Below are positions 38,346 to 50,851 of a DNA stretch of 64,000 bases, one piece after another. Both the position numbers and the translations under genes were made by a program. Source of the stretch: Psammoneis japonica (Eukaryota); NCBI GenBank assembly GCA_008632985.1, contig QPGO01000001.1, positions 1 through 64,000 on the forward strand, given 5' to 3'. The number at the start of each line of letters is the position of its first letter. The first letter of the stretch is position 1. The notes beneath the pieces are model-generated. The model saw nothing but the letters and a program-made list of their open reading frames with translations. It had not been told where the DNA came from and made no database searches.

Positions 38346-41300
38346 CAGTTCACAGATCAGAGCGCAGCAGCTGGGGCATGGTGCAGCCTCTGAGAGGCAC
38401 AAGAAGGGGCAACAGCAGACCACCAACAGCAATCTTTTTTGAGCCAGAGAGTTGCCAGTGCATGGCAGCCCACCAAAGCATTGTTCTCACTGTGGTTTGT
38501 TGGGCCTGCTGCATCTTCTTGGCTGCTGCTCTTTTTCATGCACAAAGTTGTTGGCAGTGGCTGCCACAAGAATGTTTTGAAAAGATCTTTTGCTCCTGGT
38601 GGCTCTCTTTTTGTGCAACTTGCCCTTGCTTTGGCTCCATTTTGTTCTTTCTTTGCTGCCGTGCCACCAACATTTTTTGCAAAAAAAGTGGGCTCTGCTG
38701 GCACTGTTGAAGCAGCGCTTGAGCACCTGGGTGGGACAAGCCATGACACTCTGCAGATGATGCTAGATGGAGATTGTGGCAAAACCTTTGCTTTTCACTG
38801 CACATTCTGGTCCAGTCACAACTTCTTGGTTCTGGGAACAGTCAGCCTGTTCAAGCCCCAGGTGATGTGCAACCCATCATGTTGGTTCAATTCTCGGTGC
38901 TCAGTTTTTAAACTCCTTCAAATTTGATTGTTTCGAAAATTGAAAGGTGAGTGCACACAAAAACAATGGTTTTATGTACACTCACCCTTCGATTTTGCAA
39001 AAAATTGAAATTGAAGGAGTTTAACATGCCAAATGCAAAAATGGGCCAGTGATGGGAATCGAGCCCTTGCACATCACCTGGAGCTGGAACAGGCCAGTCC
39101 CAGAACAAGTCTCATGTGTGTCTGAGAGTGTCTTGAAATGGAAGGCATTGAACATTGATGTGAGGCGTCATGCCAATGTTCAGCTGACAGCACCATTGTG
39201 TTGATCCCATTGCTGTGCAAACTGCACATTTGAATGCCTTGCTCTTCTTTTGTAACATCATTTGATGTCACACATGTGCGCGCACAATTAAATTGTGAGT
39301 TGCATCTTCAATGTGTGCGTGTGCTTTCTGTCTGTGTGTGTGCCTGAAGTGTGGCCATTGCACCCCCTCTTCTTGGCTTTGATCAGGTGCATGTGCTCAT
39401 CTTGAACAGTGTGTGCACATGCACACAGTTGGCGCCAGTTTCCGCACACACTTGTTTCTCTGTGGGTGTTTGTGCCACAGGTGGTGCAATTTCAGCATCA
39501 GTTTTTTTGAAGTTTTTTGTCGTTTCTTTGTGTTGGATGCACAAGGTGACATTTGTTTCATTGTTTGGCAAGCGTGTGTGGTGCATTGCTCTCTTTTGCC
39601 CTGTGAACCCAGCGGGCGACGAAAAAGCAGACATGTTGGCCCCTCCCTCAATCGTCGCACAAAAACAAAAACAAACCAGGCCTGCTGGGAGCATTGGCCA
39701 CTTGTCTTTCTTTGTGGGTGTGGGTGTGTGCCATTGCATGCTGCACTAAATTGCCTGCACGCACCGGTGCGTAGGGCCCTGCCGCCGGGGCTGGCATTGT
39801 GGTGGTGGCAGCAGAGTGGCATGGCCACCGCACCGGTGACGCGGATGACCATTAAATTTGATGTCTCGTGCCATTTTTGGGGCTGCAGAGAGGTGCGCGG
39901 ACACTCTTTTTTTTCCAATTTATTGCCATGATGGCGCATCGCACAAACCAAGTTGTTGTTCAATGTGTTTTCCCCAATGTGACTGTTTTGTGTGGAATTC
40001 ACGGCAAATTGTCTTTGTTTGTAACTGAGTGCATTTTTCAACATGCCACACCGGCAATCCCAATTTTTCAGAACTTTCAAGCTCTCCTGAAAAACCGTGC
40101 CACGCACCTGTCATGGGGAATTCATCAATTTTTTAGGATGTCCCCATGACCTCTCATGTCCTCAATGATCATTCTGCAAATCCAAAGAATTCATCTGCAC
40201 TGAACAACCCATCCCGTTCCAAAATCCGAGGGACACACTTTCAAATTCGGACGGACTGCCCGACTGCCCGACTGCCCAACTGCCGGACTGACACGAAAAA
40301 GTCTGCAATTGCCAACCACTGAGTGGTCAGTGAAACGTTTTTTTGTTTTCGTGACACGCGAGATGGCCTTGTCGTTGAGCAAAAAGAAAAACACCCCTTT
40401 CATGCATTTCTGTGCCAAACCACGCATGTGCTGAGCCACGTGCAAACAACACAGGGTTGAGTCAAATGCCCAACGAACAAAATGGGCAAGACACACAATG
40501 GCGCATCCGAACCCATTTTATGATGGCAACTGACAATCAATCATGACACGAGTCAATGCAGTCGACAATGTTGATTGAATTTGATCTACAGCACAAAAGA
40601 CAAAATGAAATGTGGTGGCTTGTGTGCAGGATGCTAGAGTGCAACAAATCGGTTGTCATGAAAAGTGCCATTTTTGTGTCGTGTCATCACAAATGCAAAT
40701 CACAAGGTGACCAGATTGATGGCTGAGGCAAAATTAGAACCTTGTGTGGCCAATGAAAACACGATGGATTGAACAGTCATGTTTGTTCCTCCCTTCAACC
40801 CATCTTGTGGGCAGAACACAGCGGATCATTGCATCATGCTTTGTGCTGCATGGTCACAAACACAAGCCATGAGGCATCTAAAGTGAAGGCTGAGGCCACA
40901 GCTGAACCACACACAACTGATGTTAATGTGGAGAATTTAATTGACAAGTTCACTCCTCCTTCTTTCTGCTGCAAGGGCCGCATCGCGTCGATGTGTCAAT
41001 GCATGTCATGGTCCATCGCCCGCAGTGCATTTGCACGTGGCAAAACATGCAGCTGCGTTTTTGTGAGCATTTTGTTTCCACAAAAACGTGGTGTCGTTTT
41101 TGTTCACAAGCACTTGTGAACAAAAACGAAAGTCTTAGTCAAGCGAGTCAAAGTGCAGTCAAATGGGTCAAATGCGTTTTTGTTTTTGCTTGCGGAAAGT
41201 GCTTTTGTCAAAATTGTGAGCTGGTTTGGCTGCATAAAAATGGAATCGTGTGAATGGGGAAACATGGGAATTTTGGCACTCTTCATTTTGATCGCATCAA

Positions 41301-43219
41301 ATCGATCGTGCATTTGCATGCTGATTGTGCAGACCTGTCACGTGTTGTCTCCACGTGGCGCCTTCATGTGGCATCGCACTTCAATCGTGGGCCAGATGAC
41401 TGACGCGCGTGCTGCACGGGTGCTTGCTTGGCATCCTCTGAAATTGCAAGAGCCACGTCCTCCTGGAAGACGCTGAAATTGTGCACGAAACGTGCCAGGA
41501 CAGACGTTGAATTTTTGCACAATGTGCGCATCCCCAACCCGCGCTGAGGGGTCATAAAATGTCCCCAACGGCGTTTTTGTCAAAAATCCAGAATCCTGAT
41601 TCTGTCGCCTTCAGAGACATGAAATGCACCCTCAGAGGGTGAGCAATGAAACCATGGGTGGCACGCAAACAAGCGCCTCTGTTGGCCTTGTGACGTCTCT
41701 GCAACACATCACAACCTTGCCACAATGCTGCATCACAACATGGCCATTTTTTTTTATCCGGAAGCAGTTGAATTCTTGCAACAGTTCACTGCAACGATGA
41801 CATGAAACTGACAATCACCTTAGCCAGCAAGTTGTTGGGCATGCTGTGTCACACAAAGCATTGTTGGTGAAGTTGTCAATGGTCACACACAACACTGTTT
41901 GTGCTGTGTGGCAATGCATTGTGTTGTGCAGTGATGTGCTGCAAAATGTAAAGTCACAGCACACATTGCATTGTCACCAAATGTTTTGTCACTCAGCAAA
42001 ATGTAACAAGCAGAAGTGGCTGTGTGTGTCACTGTGCATTGTGTTTCAAAATCTGTTGCAACATCCACTTTCAGCATCAACAAGAGTGACCATGCTAGAG
42101 AGTGAAGCATGCATGTTCCCTTTGTTGCCAAACCAATTCCAGCATCTCATTGGCACTGTCAACATGCTGTGCCAAAAACTCTTCTGATTCCTGAATGAAC
42201 AGTTCCGTTGATTGCGCATGCTGCTGCTGCCACTGCTGCCACTTGTCACACAATTGCAGCAATTAGACCTGTCACCACTGCCACTGCTGCCTCTCAATGC
42301 CATTCACCGTTCCAGGGATTCGGACTGCTCCTGCTGAGTTGGGTGGATTGTTGACTCCATTGGCAACGCGACAAACAAGCCCGGCACTCACTTGACACAC
42401 TTGGCGACAAGAGCAACCTGGCAGACTTGAATTCTTTGAGACTTTCAGGAAATGATGGGTTGTGCCCTTGTCAATCTGTTGAGAACAAACCGAAAACACA
42501 ACGCAAGCGTGAGAAACAAGTGGTGAGAATCAAGCAGATGGTGCAGAACGCGGTTTTGTCCATTCTTCCACTTTTTCGCACCTCTCTTTTCATGGATGCA
42601 TTTGTTGCAGCAAACAGTGATGCATTCTTTGCTGATGTGATTGTCAGGAAGCGTGTGGGCGCCACAATCGAGCGCCGCCTGTCGATGTTGTCATGGTCGA
42701 TTTGTTGTGATCACAGTGTGTTTGGCGTTCGCAGCGCGGGAAAATGTTGTTTTTGCTGTTTTTGGATCAGCCAGCTACACATGCAATGTCAACAGCACAA
42801 TGTGCACAATGCAACAATTGTCGCAAAAAAATGCGTTGCATGAGGGTGCACATTGTGTCCCCTGCTCAGTTTTGGCGATCAATTTGGACAAAAAAGCTTT
42901 AGCTTTGACAAGCTTGCAGGGCATCGAAATGCATTCGCACCACATTTTGCGACAATGGCCTGTTTTAGAAGGAAAGCTTCTGTTTTGTCATGTTTGGACA
43001 AGTTTTGTGTCAAATCATTCTGACATCTTAATTCGTGACTGAAAAGTGAGGGTGCATTTTATGACCCCTCAAGTCATGGGTTGGGGATGTGCATGCACTC
43101 AGCAATCATTGACAACACAAACACACATTTTTCTTCATGTGTCAGCAGAAAACAATTCGCCAACCGAGCTCATTTCAATCACCAACCCTGCTCATTTTGA
43201 TCACCAACAATTGGCGATG

Positions 43220-43370
43220 GAAATGAGCAAATGTGAGCAAATGTGAGCAAACATGAGCAAACATGAGCAAACGTGTGCAAATGTGAGCAAATGTGAGCAA
43301 ACATGAGCAAACATGAGCAAACATGAGCAAATGTGAGCAAATGTGAGAAATGTGAGCAAATGTGAGCAAT
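43220..43370 (+). repeat. 10-bp minisatellite (aaaTGtgagc / aaaCAtgagc); second cluster at ~43627-43700
   Basis: Units read directly from the sequence. Confidence 0.95.
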
Positions 43371-46300
43371 TTCAGCACACGATCGAAAAAGTGATCAACC
43401 ACGGGGAGTTGATCGTTCCACGCTGCATGCGAAAAAAGCTGCCGGATTTCCACTGATGCACTCGTCAGTTATTGCTTGTCCGTTGTTTGTGCTCAAGCTG
43501 GCACCTCTGTGCAAAATTTCTGGCTCTCTTCTTTGTTTGGCATCGTCGTGTGAAGGAAATCCAAGACTTTTGTGTTTTTCCTTTTTCCCACGAGAAAAGC
43601 AGTTGACAATTCAAATGAACATGTTTGAGCAAATGTGAGCAAGTTGAGCAAATGTGAGCTGACATGAGCAAACATGAGCAAACATGAGCAAAAATGTGAG
43701 AAAATTCGAGCACAATTGGCAATGATTTGAGCACAATTGGCGATGACATCAGCAGAAGTGGCGATGACATTTAAATGAATGTTGTCATTTTTACAAAAGT
43801 CTGTTAAAAACTTAAAATGCCTGTGGGAACACATTGTGAATTCCACAGCATCTGTCCTGGCACGTTGCGCGTGTGAGTGCGGCGTTTTCCTGTGGTCGTG
43901 CTTCCTCAGGTGCGCACCAGCAGTGCTGCGCTGCTGCGTGCCAGGGGCTGTGCACGGTCTCGCCATGTTGTCCAGTGCCACGCAGGCACACTGCACTTTT
44001 CTGCTTTGTGTTTTGCTTTTTGTTTCTTTTGGCATGTGTGCCACCAATTTGTGGAGAGAGGGTGGACTCTGCAGCTGGTTTCTTTTGTTTTTGTTGGGTG
44101 TGCTCCTTGTGCTCCATTGGGTCTGCATTGTCATTGGTTTTCTGTTTTCATTCTGACATGTCTGTTCATTTTTCTTTCAGGACCCACAGATTGATTGCCA
44201 CCTTTTGCTGGAATTTCCATGGAAGCGCGAATTCCCAGGAATTGCTGCAATTGCCACTTTGTCACACATGCACTTCACACATGAACAAAAGTTTGTGCAT
44301 TGGCAATTCCCTGTGCTTCCCATCTCATGCATTTCTGCATCTTCTGCATGCCAGGATGAGCTGAGCCAGACAATCGACCGGACTCAGCAAGATGTGCAAC
44401 ACACCATGGCATGTTTGCACCCCATTTGTGGCAGCTTTTGTTGATCGATCATGATGCCGTTCCATGCATTTGATGACATTGACTGAATGGGATCTGCATC
44501 ATAAAACACAAGATGAAATGTGGTTGCTCATGTGCAGCAGAACACTGGTGCAATTGAGCCATCAGTCATCAGTTGTTCTTTTGTCATGCTGTCACAAGTG
44601 CAAGCCACAAGGCATGCAGCAGAGGCCAAGGCAAAAGCAGAACCATGCATGGCCAATGATGACAATGAGGTGGATTGAATGGTTGCCCTCATTCCTCCAA
44701 TTGACACATTTCATCTGCAGAATGAAGTGGATTGTTCAAATCATGCTTTTGTTGTGCAGCCACAAATGCAAGCCATGCGGCATCTGGAGTGAAGGACAAG
44801 GCAAAATTAGAGCCACATGTGGCTGACAAAAATGTGGCAGATTGATTGATTGTGTTTTTCTTCCCTTTGATCCATCTCATGTGCAGAACACAGCCGCATC
44901 ATTTTTTCCTTCTTGTGTCATGTGGTCACAAATGCAAACCACAACAGTTCTAGAGCAAAGGCCAAGGCAAAAACAGAGACAAACACATGCAACATCAATG
45001 TGCAAAAACAGAGACAAACACATGCAATGTCAATGTGCAAGATTTGGTGGTCAAGTTTGTCGCTCCCTTGCTCCACCACAAGGGCCACTTCATGTTGATT
45101 TGTCAATGCATCCATCATGGTCATTGCTCAGCAGGGCTTTGCTGGCTGGGCTGGAGGAAAATGGGCACCCACCCATGCCAAACAAATGGGAATTGCTGCA
45201 ATGCACCTGTTTTTTGTTCCCCTCCCCAAGCCCTTTCAGTTGTTTCTTCTCCTGCTGAATCACCCTCATTTCCTGGGTGTTCCCTAAAAGGGCAAGGCAG
45301 TCCCCTTGCCCTTGCCATTTTGGGGAATCCCCAAATGGGCAAAACCAAACTGAGCTCCACACTTTGATGGTGTGCCAAAGAAACACTGTGACTTGCACTG
45401 GATGGGCACTGTGATGTGTGCTGAGATCTTTTTTTGTTTTTGTTTTGCTTTTGTTGCTGTTTCTTTGTTTTTGTGTTTTTGGATTTCAGTGGTTTTGCGG
45501 GCTCTGCAACATGTGCTGACCTGAAATGTTTCTTTAGCAGGCATTTTTTAATGCACACCAGCACGAAATGGGCGCTGCAACTTGCACTTGGTTGGGCACC
45601 CCAACATGTGCTGGCTCTGGTTTTGTTGTTTTGACACTGTTCTTTTTGTCATTTTTTGTTTTGTTTTTGCATGTTTGTCTGCAACTGTGGTGTGTGCTAA
45701 ACTGCACTGGTTCTGATGATGAGATGCAGCTTTGTCTGTGGCATGTGGCATGTGAGAATGGAGCTTTTGCTTGGTTTTCTGGCTTTCTTTCTTTTTTCTT
45801 GACAGGAGTTTTATCTTTTTCATTGGTGCTTGTCAATGTTGGTTGAGTTGGAATTGAGAAACAACAAAGGGGGTGGGACAAGCTTGGCATTGGCCAAGGC
45901 GGAGGCTGGCTTGAACCAAACTTTCTCAAGGATTGTTTTTTGTGTCCTTTTTTCTTTCCTGAGGGGTGTTTGGGCCAAGTTTGAAGTTGAATGGTCTGAG
46001 AATCAAAATGCTGGGGTTGGTCAGGTCAACCAGGTCTGACCAGGTGACACACTTGCTGTTTTGGTCTAGCTCTTTTTGTGGCGCAAATTCTCTTCCTTGG
46101 TTGGAGCATTCCAGGACTCCTTTGGGTGCGCTGTTGTGCATTTGTGCCACTCAATTCTCAGCAGCTTTTGTCAAAAGAAAGGGAGGAGTCCTTGGAGCAT
46201 TGGGCGAGGAAATCAACACAGCATTTTCAGTGTGTTTTGCAGTTGGCTGTGTCCTGCAGCTGGTGCTTGCTTCCAGATTTGCTTGGATGAGCTGAGTTGT

Positions 46301-46459
46301 GGGTGGAGGGCATCAGTGTTGCTTTGCACATGAAATGAAGAAAAGTTTGTCTGTGGATTCTTCAATTTCTTTGAGTGGGTTGAGGTTTGATTGTGTCAGG
46401 GGTGATTTTCATTGGACCTGGGGTGTGGTTTGTTGCTTGGCTTGTTGCTCTTGGCTTGC

Positions 46460-47082
46460 AGCTCTTGCTTGGCTCACTGCTCTTCTGGGTTGATCTTTGT
46501 TGAAGTGTTTGCTGTCCAATTTGGTGGTGGAGAGAATTTGTTGTTTGTGGAGGTGTTGGCAGCAAATGGATCAGGTCATGCAGTTTCTTCTGAGCTGGCT
46601 GTGGGTTTGCTGTTTGTGTTGCTGAGCCACAGATGGTTGTGTGAGTCCACTCTGATTGTGGGACAGGTGCATGATTTTGGTTTGGGCACCAGCAATCAAT
46701 TGAGCCAATGGGAGTGCATGATTGGATGGATGGGGGACGGGGGTGGAGATTGACTCCTTTGTGTTGTCTTGTTGCTCTTGCTTGGCTCACTGCTCTTCTT
46801 GGGTTGATTTGTTGAAGTGTTTGCTGTCCAGTTTGGTGGCAGAGAGGAATTTGTTGTTTGTGGAGGTGTTGGCAGCAAATGGCTCAGGTTGTGCAGTTTC
46901 TTCTGAGCTGGCTGTGGGTTTGCTTTTGTGTTGTTGAGCCACAGACGGTTGTGTGAGTCTGCTCTGATTGTGGGACGGGTTCATGATTTTAGTTTGGGCA
47001 TCAGCAATCAATTGAGCCAACGGGAGTGCATGATTGGATGGATGGGGGACAGGGGTGGAGATTGACTCCTTTGTGTTGTCTT
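46460..47082. repeat. ~315-bp tandem duplication
   Basis: ctcttgcttggctcactgctcttc...gattgactcctttgtgttgtct occurs twice in succession. Confidence 0.85.
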
Positions 47083-47149
47083 GGTGCTGCTTGGGTTTTT
47101 GAATGTGCAGAGGAGGCAAGAACTGTGTGGCTGGTGCTTTTGACTGTGA

Positions 47150-48800
47150 CAAATGGCGTCCATGGCTGCTGCACTCTAAATTTTTGACTTTGCCTGATTT
47201 TTGGTTGCTTTGCTTTTGGATGTGTGCAGCACTGATGTCACCTGGTTTGCACAGTGGATGGGTGTTTGACCGGCACCATTCACTTGTTCTTGGTGGGTGG
47301 TGTGGTGGTCATCATTGAGGATGCAGATGATTTGCAGGCTCAGTTGGCAGTTTTTGTCAAGGTTGTTGAGGTGCTGTTGAATGTTGAGTGCCTTGTTGCT
47401 TGTGTTGCTCCACAGTTTGTTCAGCATTTCCAGCTGGGTGTCCATTGGAAACTCAAAGACTGAGCCAAAGGCAGTGCAGCTGTGGGCAATGTTGGTGCCA
47501 TCAATGGGTGCTGCGTTCCATGCTTTGGGAAGCCTTGGTGGTTCCCTTTTGAGAGTGGGATCCATTCCATGTGGAGTGCATCACACATTGCTTCAAAGAT
47601 GCCCATCTGAGTCCTGTGCAAAAGAGCACCTGTTCCAGCAGAAGTTTTGAAATGGAGGCAGCTGACATTTTTGTGATCTCTGTTGTGATCATGCTGCCAG
47701 TCATGTCACACATGGCGGTGAGATGCCTTTGGCATTTTTGAACAAGAGTGTTTTGTTGGCTGCCCAGACATCTGGGAGGGTGAACTTCCATGGTTTGTTG
47801 GCTGCTGAGCCAAAAAGCATGTTAGAAGTTTGAGCTCTGATGGAGTTTGATGGGATGCATTCTGGGCAGGCCTTGATGGAGGTGGAGACAAAGGATGACA
47901 TTTTTGGCCAGAAGAAAAAATTCATTCTCAGCAGGGTGAGTGTTGCCTTTTGTCCCATGTGTCCAGTGCTTGGAGTTGCATGGCAAGCTTTGAACACCAT
48001 GCATCTTGTTTTTCTGGTGCAATGATGAGGAGGAGCTTGCAAGATCCTGAGCAGATGGGTTTTTTGATGACAAGATGGTTGTTTTTGCATTTGATGAGAT
48101 GGTCTCTGTTGAGACCTCTGTGTGCTGGGTTGACCTGGAGCAGCTCATTTTTTGTCTGCTTGTGATCTTTGTTGAGCACAAGGGTTTTCCAGATGGTGTG
48201 TGTGTTGTGATCATTGGAGTGCAGGCTGGAGGGAGAAGAGTGAGGAATGAGAGAGTGAGCACAATTGCAGAGTTGACAAATGCAACCTTGAAGGAAGAGA
48301 GCCAAGCAGGAGGCTGCAGCAGGACCAAATTTGGAGCGGCAGGGAACAGGGGCAAGGACAAGGGCCTTGAAGAGCAGCAAAAGCTTCCAGAAAGGTGCAG
48401 AATCATGTTGCCATGGAGGAGTGAGATGATCAGGGTCAGCGAAGGGGGTTGGGAAGTGGCAAGGCTCCACCGAAAAATGTGGCGAAGAGTGGAGCAGAGA
48501 TCCTTGCAAGCAGAAGAAGAAAGCTTGCAGTGAGAGGAGGCTCAAAAAGGCAGAGGCGTGGGTGTGAAGGAGTGGAGCCACTGAAGGGAAGAGTGCCATT
48601 TGCTGATGTCGTGAAGGGAGGAAGCAATGATGTCAGGGTTGAGAGCAGAGCGAGGAGCGAAGTGCTTGTTTTGCAAGTGGTTGTGATGATGCATAGAAGA
48701 GAGGCAGTCATGTTGGCTGTGATTGCAATGTCTGCAGACATGCAAAAAGTGGCATTGAAGAATTCAGCATGTGCTTGAGACAAAGAGAGACGTGGATGCT
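47150..48800 (-). mobile_element. Ty3/Gypsy pol remnant (integrase)
   Basis: HATPSTGHMG..ATL..LR..FFWPKM...V...IKACPEC matches the Gypsy integrase H2C2 zinc-binding domain. Confidence 0.85.
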
Positions 48801-49410
48801 CCTGGCGAAGGTGGCTGCGGACAGCAGCGAAAGGGAGGATGCATCTGCAGATGAAGGAGACCAGGAGCAAAAGGGACAAGTTGCGGTCTTGGTGGGTTCC
48901 ACGATTCGATGGTGTCACAGAGAGAGTCAAAGTCAGGGGATGCAGCCCGGAGTAGCGGCTTCGTACAAAGGCGTCCAGTCAGAGAGATGAGCTGGGCAAT
49001 GGGAAGCAACTAAGGCGTCAAGGGCATCCAAGAGTTCCATCTCGCGCTGGGGCTCCTCTTTGCTGTTACAGGTTGCTTCGCCGTGCGTGTGCAGGCTGAC
49101 ACATCCGGTCCAGACATGATGGATGAATCTGTTGAAGACTGAAGCTGGGACTGGGACCCTGCGAGGAGGAGTGAGCCATGCTCTTCCCTGGCCACGATGT
49201 GCATTAGACAATGTATTACTACACATGCATGAAACTATAAGTTTGTCAGAAGGCCCATAACGCGATAACCATTAATGGTCCAGTGCTTTACCCATACAAC
49301 TACTGAGCGCATCAAATCGCTTCGCTTTTACCCGAATACACGAGCGATGTTATCTTCAGCCACATAAATAGCTTTTTGAGCTATTTCTTGCTCTCTTGCT
49401 TACTATCACT

Positions 49411-50385
49411 TTAATTGTCCTCAATCTTCGGCCATATGCTATCGAAATCAACAACCCAGTCAGCAGTTGGTAGGCCAACTTCGACCAAAAGTTTGCATTT
49501 CGTCCATATCTCGTCCACCTCGACAACATTGTCGTCTAGACAAAGCGCCGCAACGGAAAAATGTAGCCCAGTATGTGATGATAACATCGAACGAGCGTTC
49601 TGTCGCGTTTGAATATCGTTCAAGCTGATCCCCGAAAGAAGCATAATTGAAGCCACGAGACATGTTAAATCATACCGAAGTGAGGCCTCTGTCCCGCAGT
49701 CCATTCCAAAAGCAGGCGAGGTGGCTGTCAACATGTCTCCGTATGCTGTACACGATCCAAAGTCTATGGTAACCACCGTCCGGTTTCCTGCCTGGAACAT
49801 CATATTCGAGGGTTTGATATCGCCATGACACATTTCTTTGTTGGAAAATGCCTTAATGGTAGCAAGGCCACATAGCGCCACATTCAGAATTGTGGCTTCG
49901 TTCACACTTGCGTGCGATACAGGAATGGGATAGAAAGGGCACACCATCGCAACTCGATTCTCGTCGATTCGTATGCTGTCAAAGACTGGCATTACAGACG
50001 GGCACTGCTGTTTCTTGTGAATCAGCTGGGACGTCTTCACCTCGGTCTCTATTGTTGCTGTGTCTCCAATTTTGGCGCAGTATAGATCGGAACCTCGAAT
50101 AACATACTGTAGCACGGTCTTTTGTTGGCCGAATGCCATGGGCACCAATCCGTCGAAAATATAGTCAGAGACGAGTTTGGACCTTGTCGCGGTTTTTACC
50201 ATTCGCTGGATTTTGATGTAGAGAGAACTGATGTCGCGATCCTTCATTTTGTCATTCATGATCAATACAGCCTGTGAAGAGAACGTCGTCAGTAAGCACG
50301 ATGCTTCCGAGTCGGTCAATTCTTTCTTCACAACACGCTCCATTTCCTCTGTGGGATCCTTAGCTGCTGTGGCTGACATATTCAA
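49411..50385 (-). CDS. Small intronless atypical protein kinase
   Basis: Intact 324-aa ORF with CAK, HGDIKPSN and IDFGS; no clear Gly-rich loop or APE; normal TA and Tyr content. Confidence 0.8.
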   Translation of the reverse strand: MNMSATAAKDPTEEMERVVKKELTDSEASCLLTTFSSQAVLIMNDKMKDRDISSLYIKIQRMVKTATRSKLVSDYIFDGLVPMAFGQQKTVLQYVIRGSDLYCAKIGDTATIETEVKTSQLIHKKQQCPSVMPVFDSIRIDENRVAMVCPFYPIPVSHASVNEATILNVALCGLATIKAFSNKEMCHGDIKPSNMMFQAGNRTVVTIDFGSCTAYGDMLTATSPAFGMDCGTEASLRYDLTCLVASIMLLSGISLNDIQTRQNARSMLSSHTGLHFSVAALCLDDNVVEVDEIWTKCKLLVEVGLPTADWVVDFDSIWPKIEDN

Positions 50386-50566
50386 AGTTGTTTTATTTGC
50401 GTAGTTGTACTCGTTAGTTGTTTAGCTTGTTTCGTGCCTTGTCGGATCTGGTGGTTGTCGTCGATGTTCATGTTATCTTGCTTGTTGGCCATCGTCCATC
50501 GCACGGTATGTAGACGGTAGAAGTACTGGTAGTATCGTGTAGATTAGAGGACGCCTGTTGTGTTTC

Positions 50567-50777
50567 GCAAGGAAATTCGCAGTGGCGGTCTGTCTGTACG
50601 ATGGTTTCTACGCAAATTTTGTACTTTCGTCCGTCCCTACCACCTCCCGCCCGCGCCGAACCGCCCGACGACGACTCCTCCAATTATTGTCTCGACGGAG
50701 GTGGCAGGGACGGACGAAAGTACAAAACATGCGTAGAAACTATCGTACAGACAGACCGCCGCTGCGAATTTCCTTGC
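50567..50777. repeat. Inverted repeat with 81-bp arms and 49-bp spacer
   Basis: 50567-50647 is the reverse complement of 50697-50777 with a few mismatches. Confidence 0.93.
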
Positions 50778-50851
50778 ATGTAATGTGGCGACACCCAAAA
50801 TCTCGCAGTGTCGTGAAGGTTTGCACAACCACTGTTTTTTTTGAAGTCCAC

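Noticed and set aside
43220..43370. CRISPR array or telomeric repeat
   Set aside because: No spacers, no cas genes, eukaryotic context, and the unit is not TTAGGG-like.
39100..46400. Possible genes in this TA-depleted block
   Set aside because: No motifs recognised; treated as unclassified decayed repeats.
12300..49200. Hundreds of overlapping Cys/His-rich ORFs in all six frames
   Set aside because: A by-product of losing TAA/TAG stops and Tyr codons through TpA depletion; not genes or metal-binding proteins.
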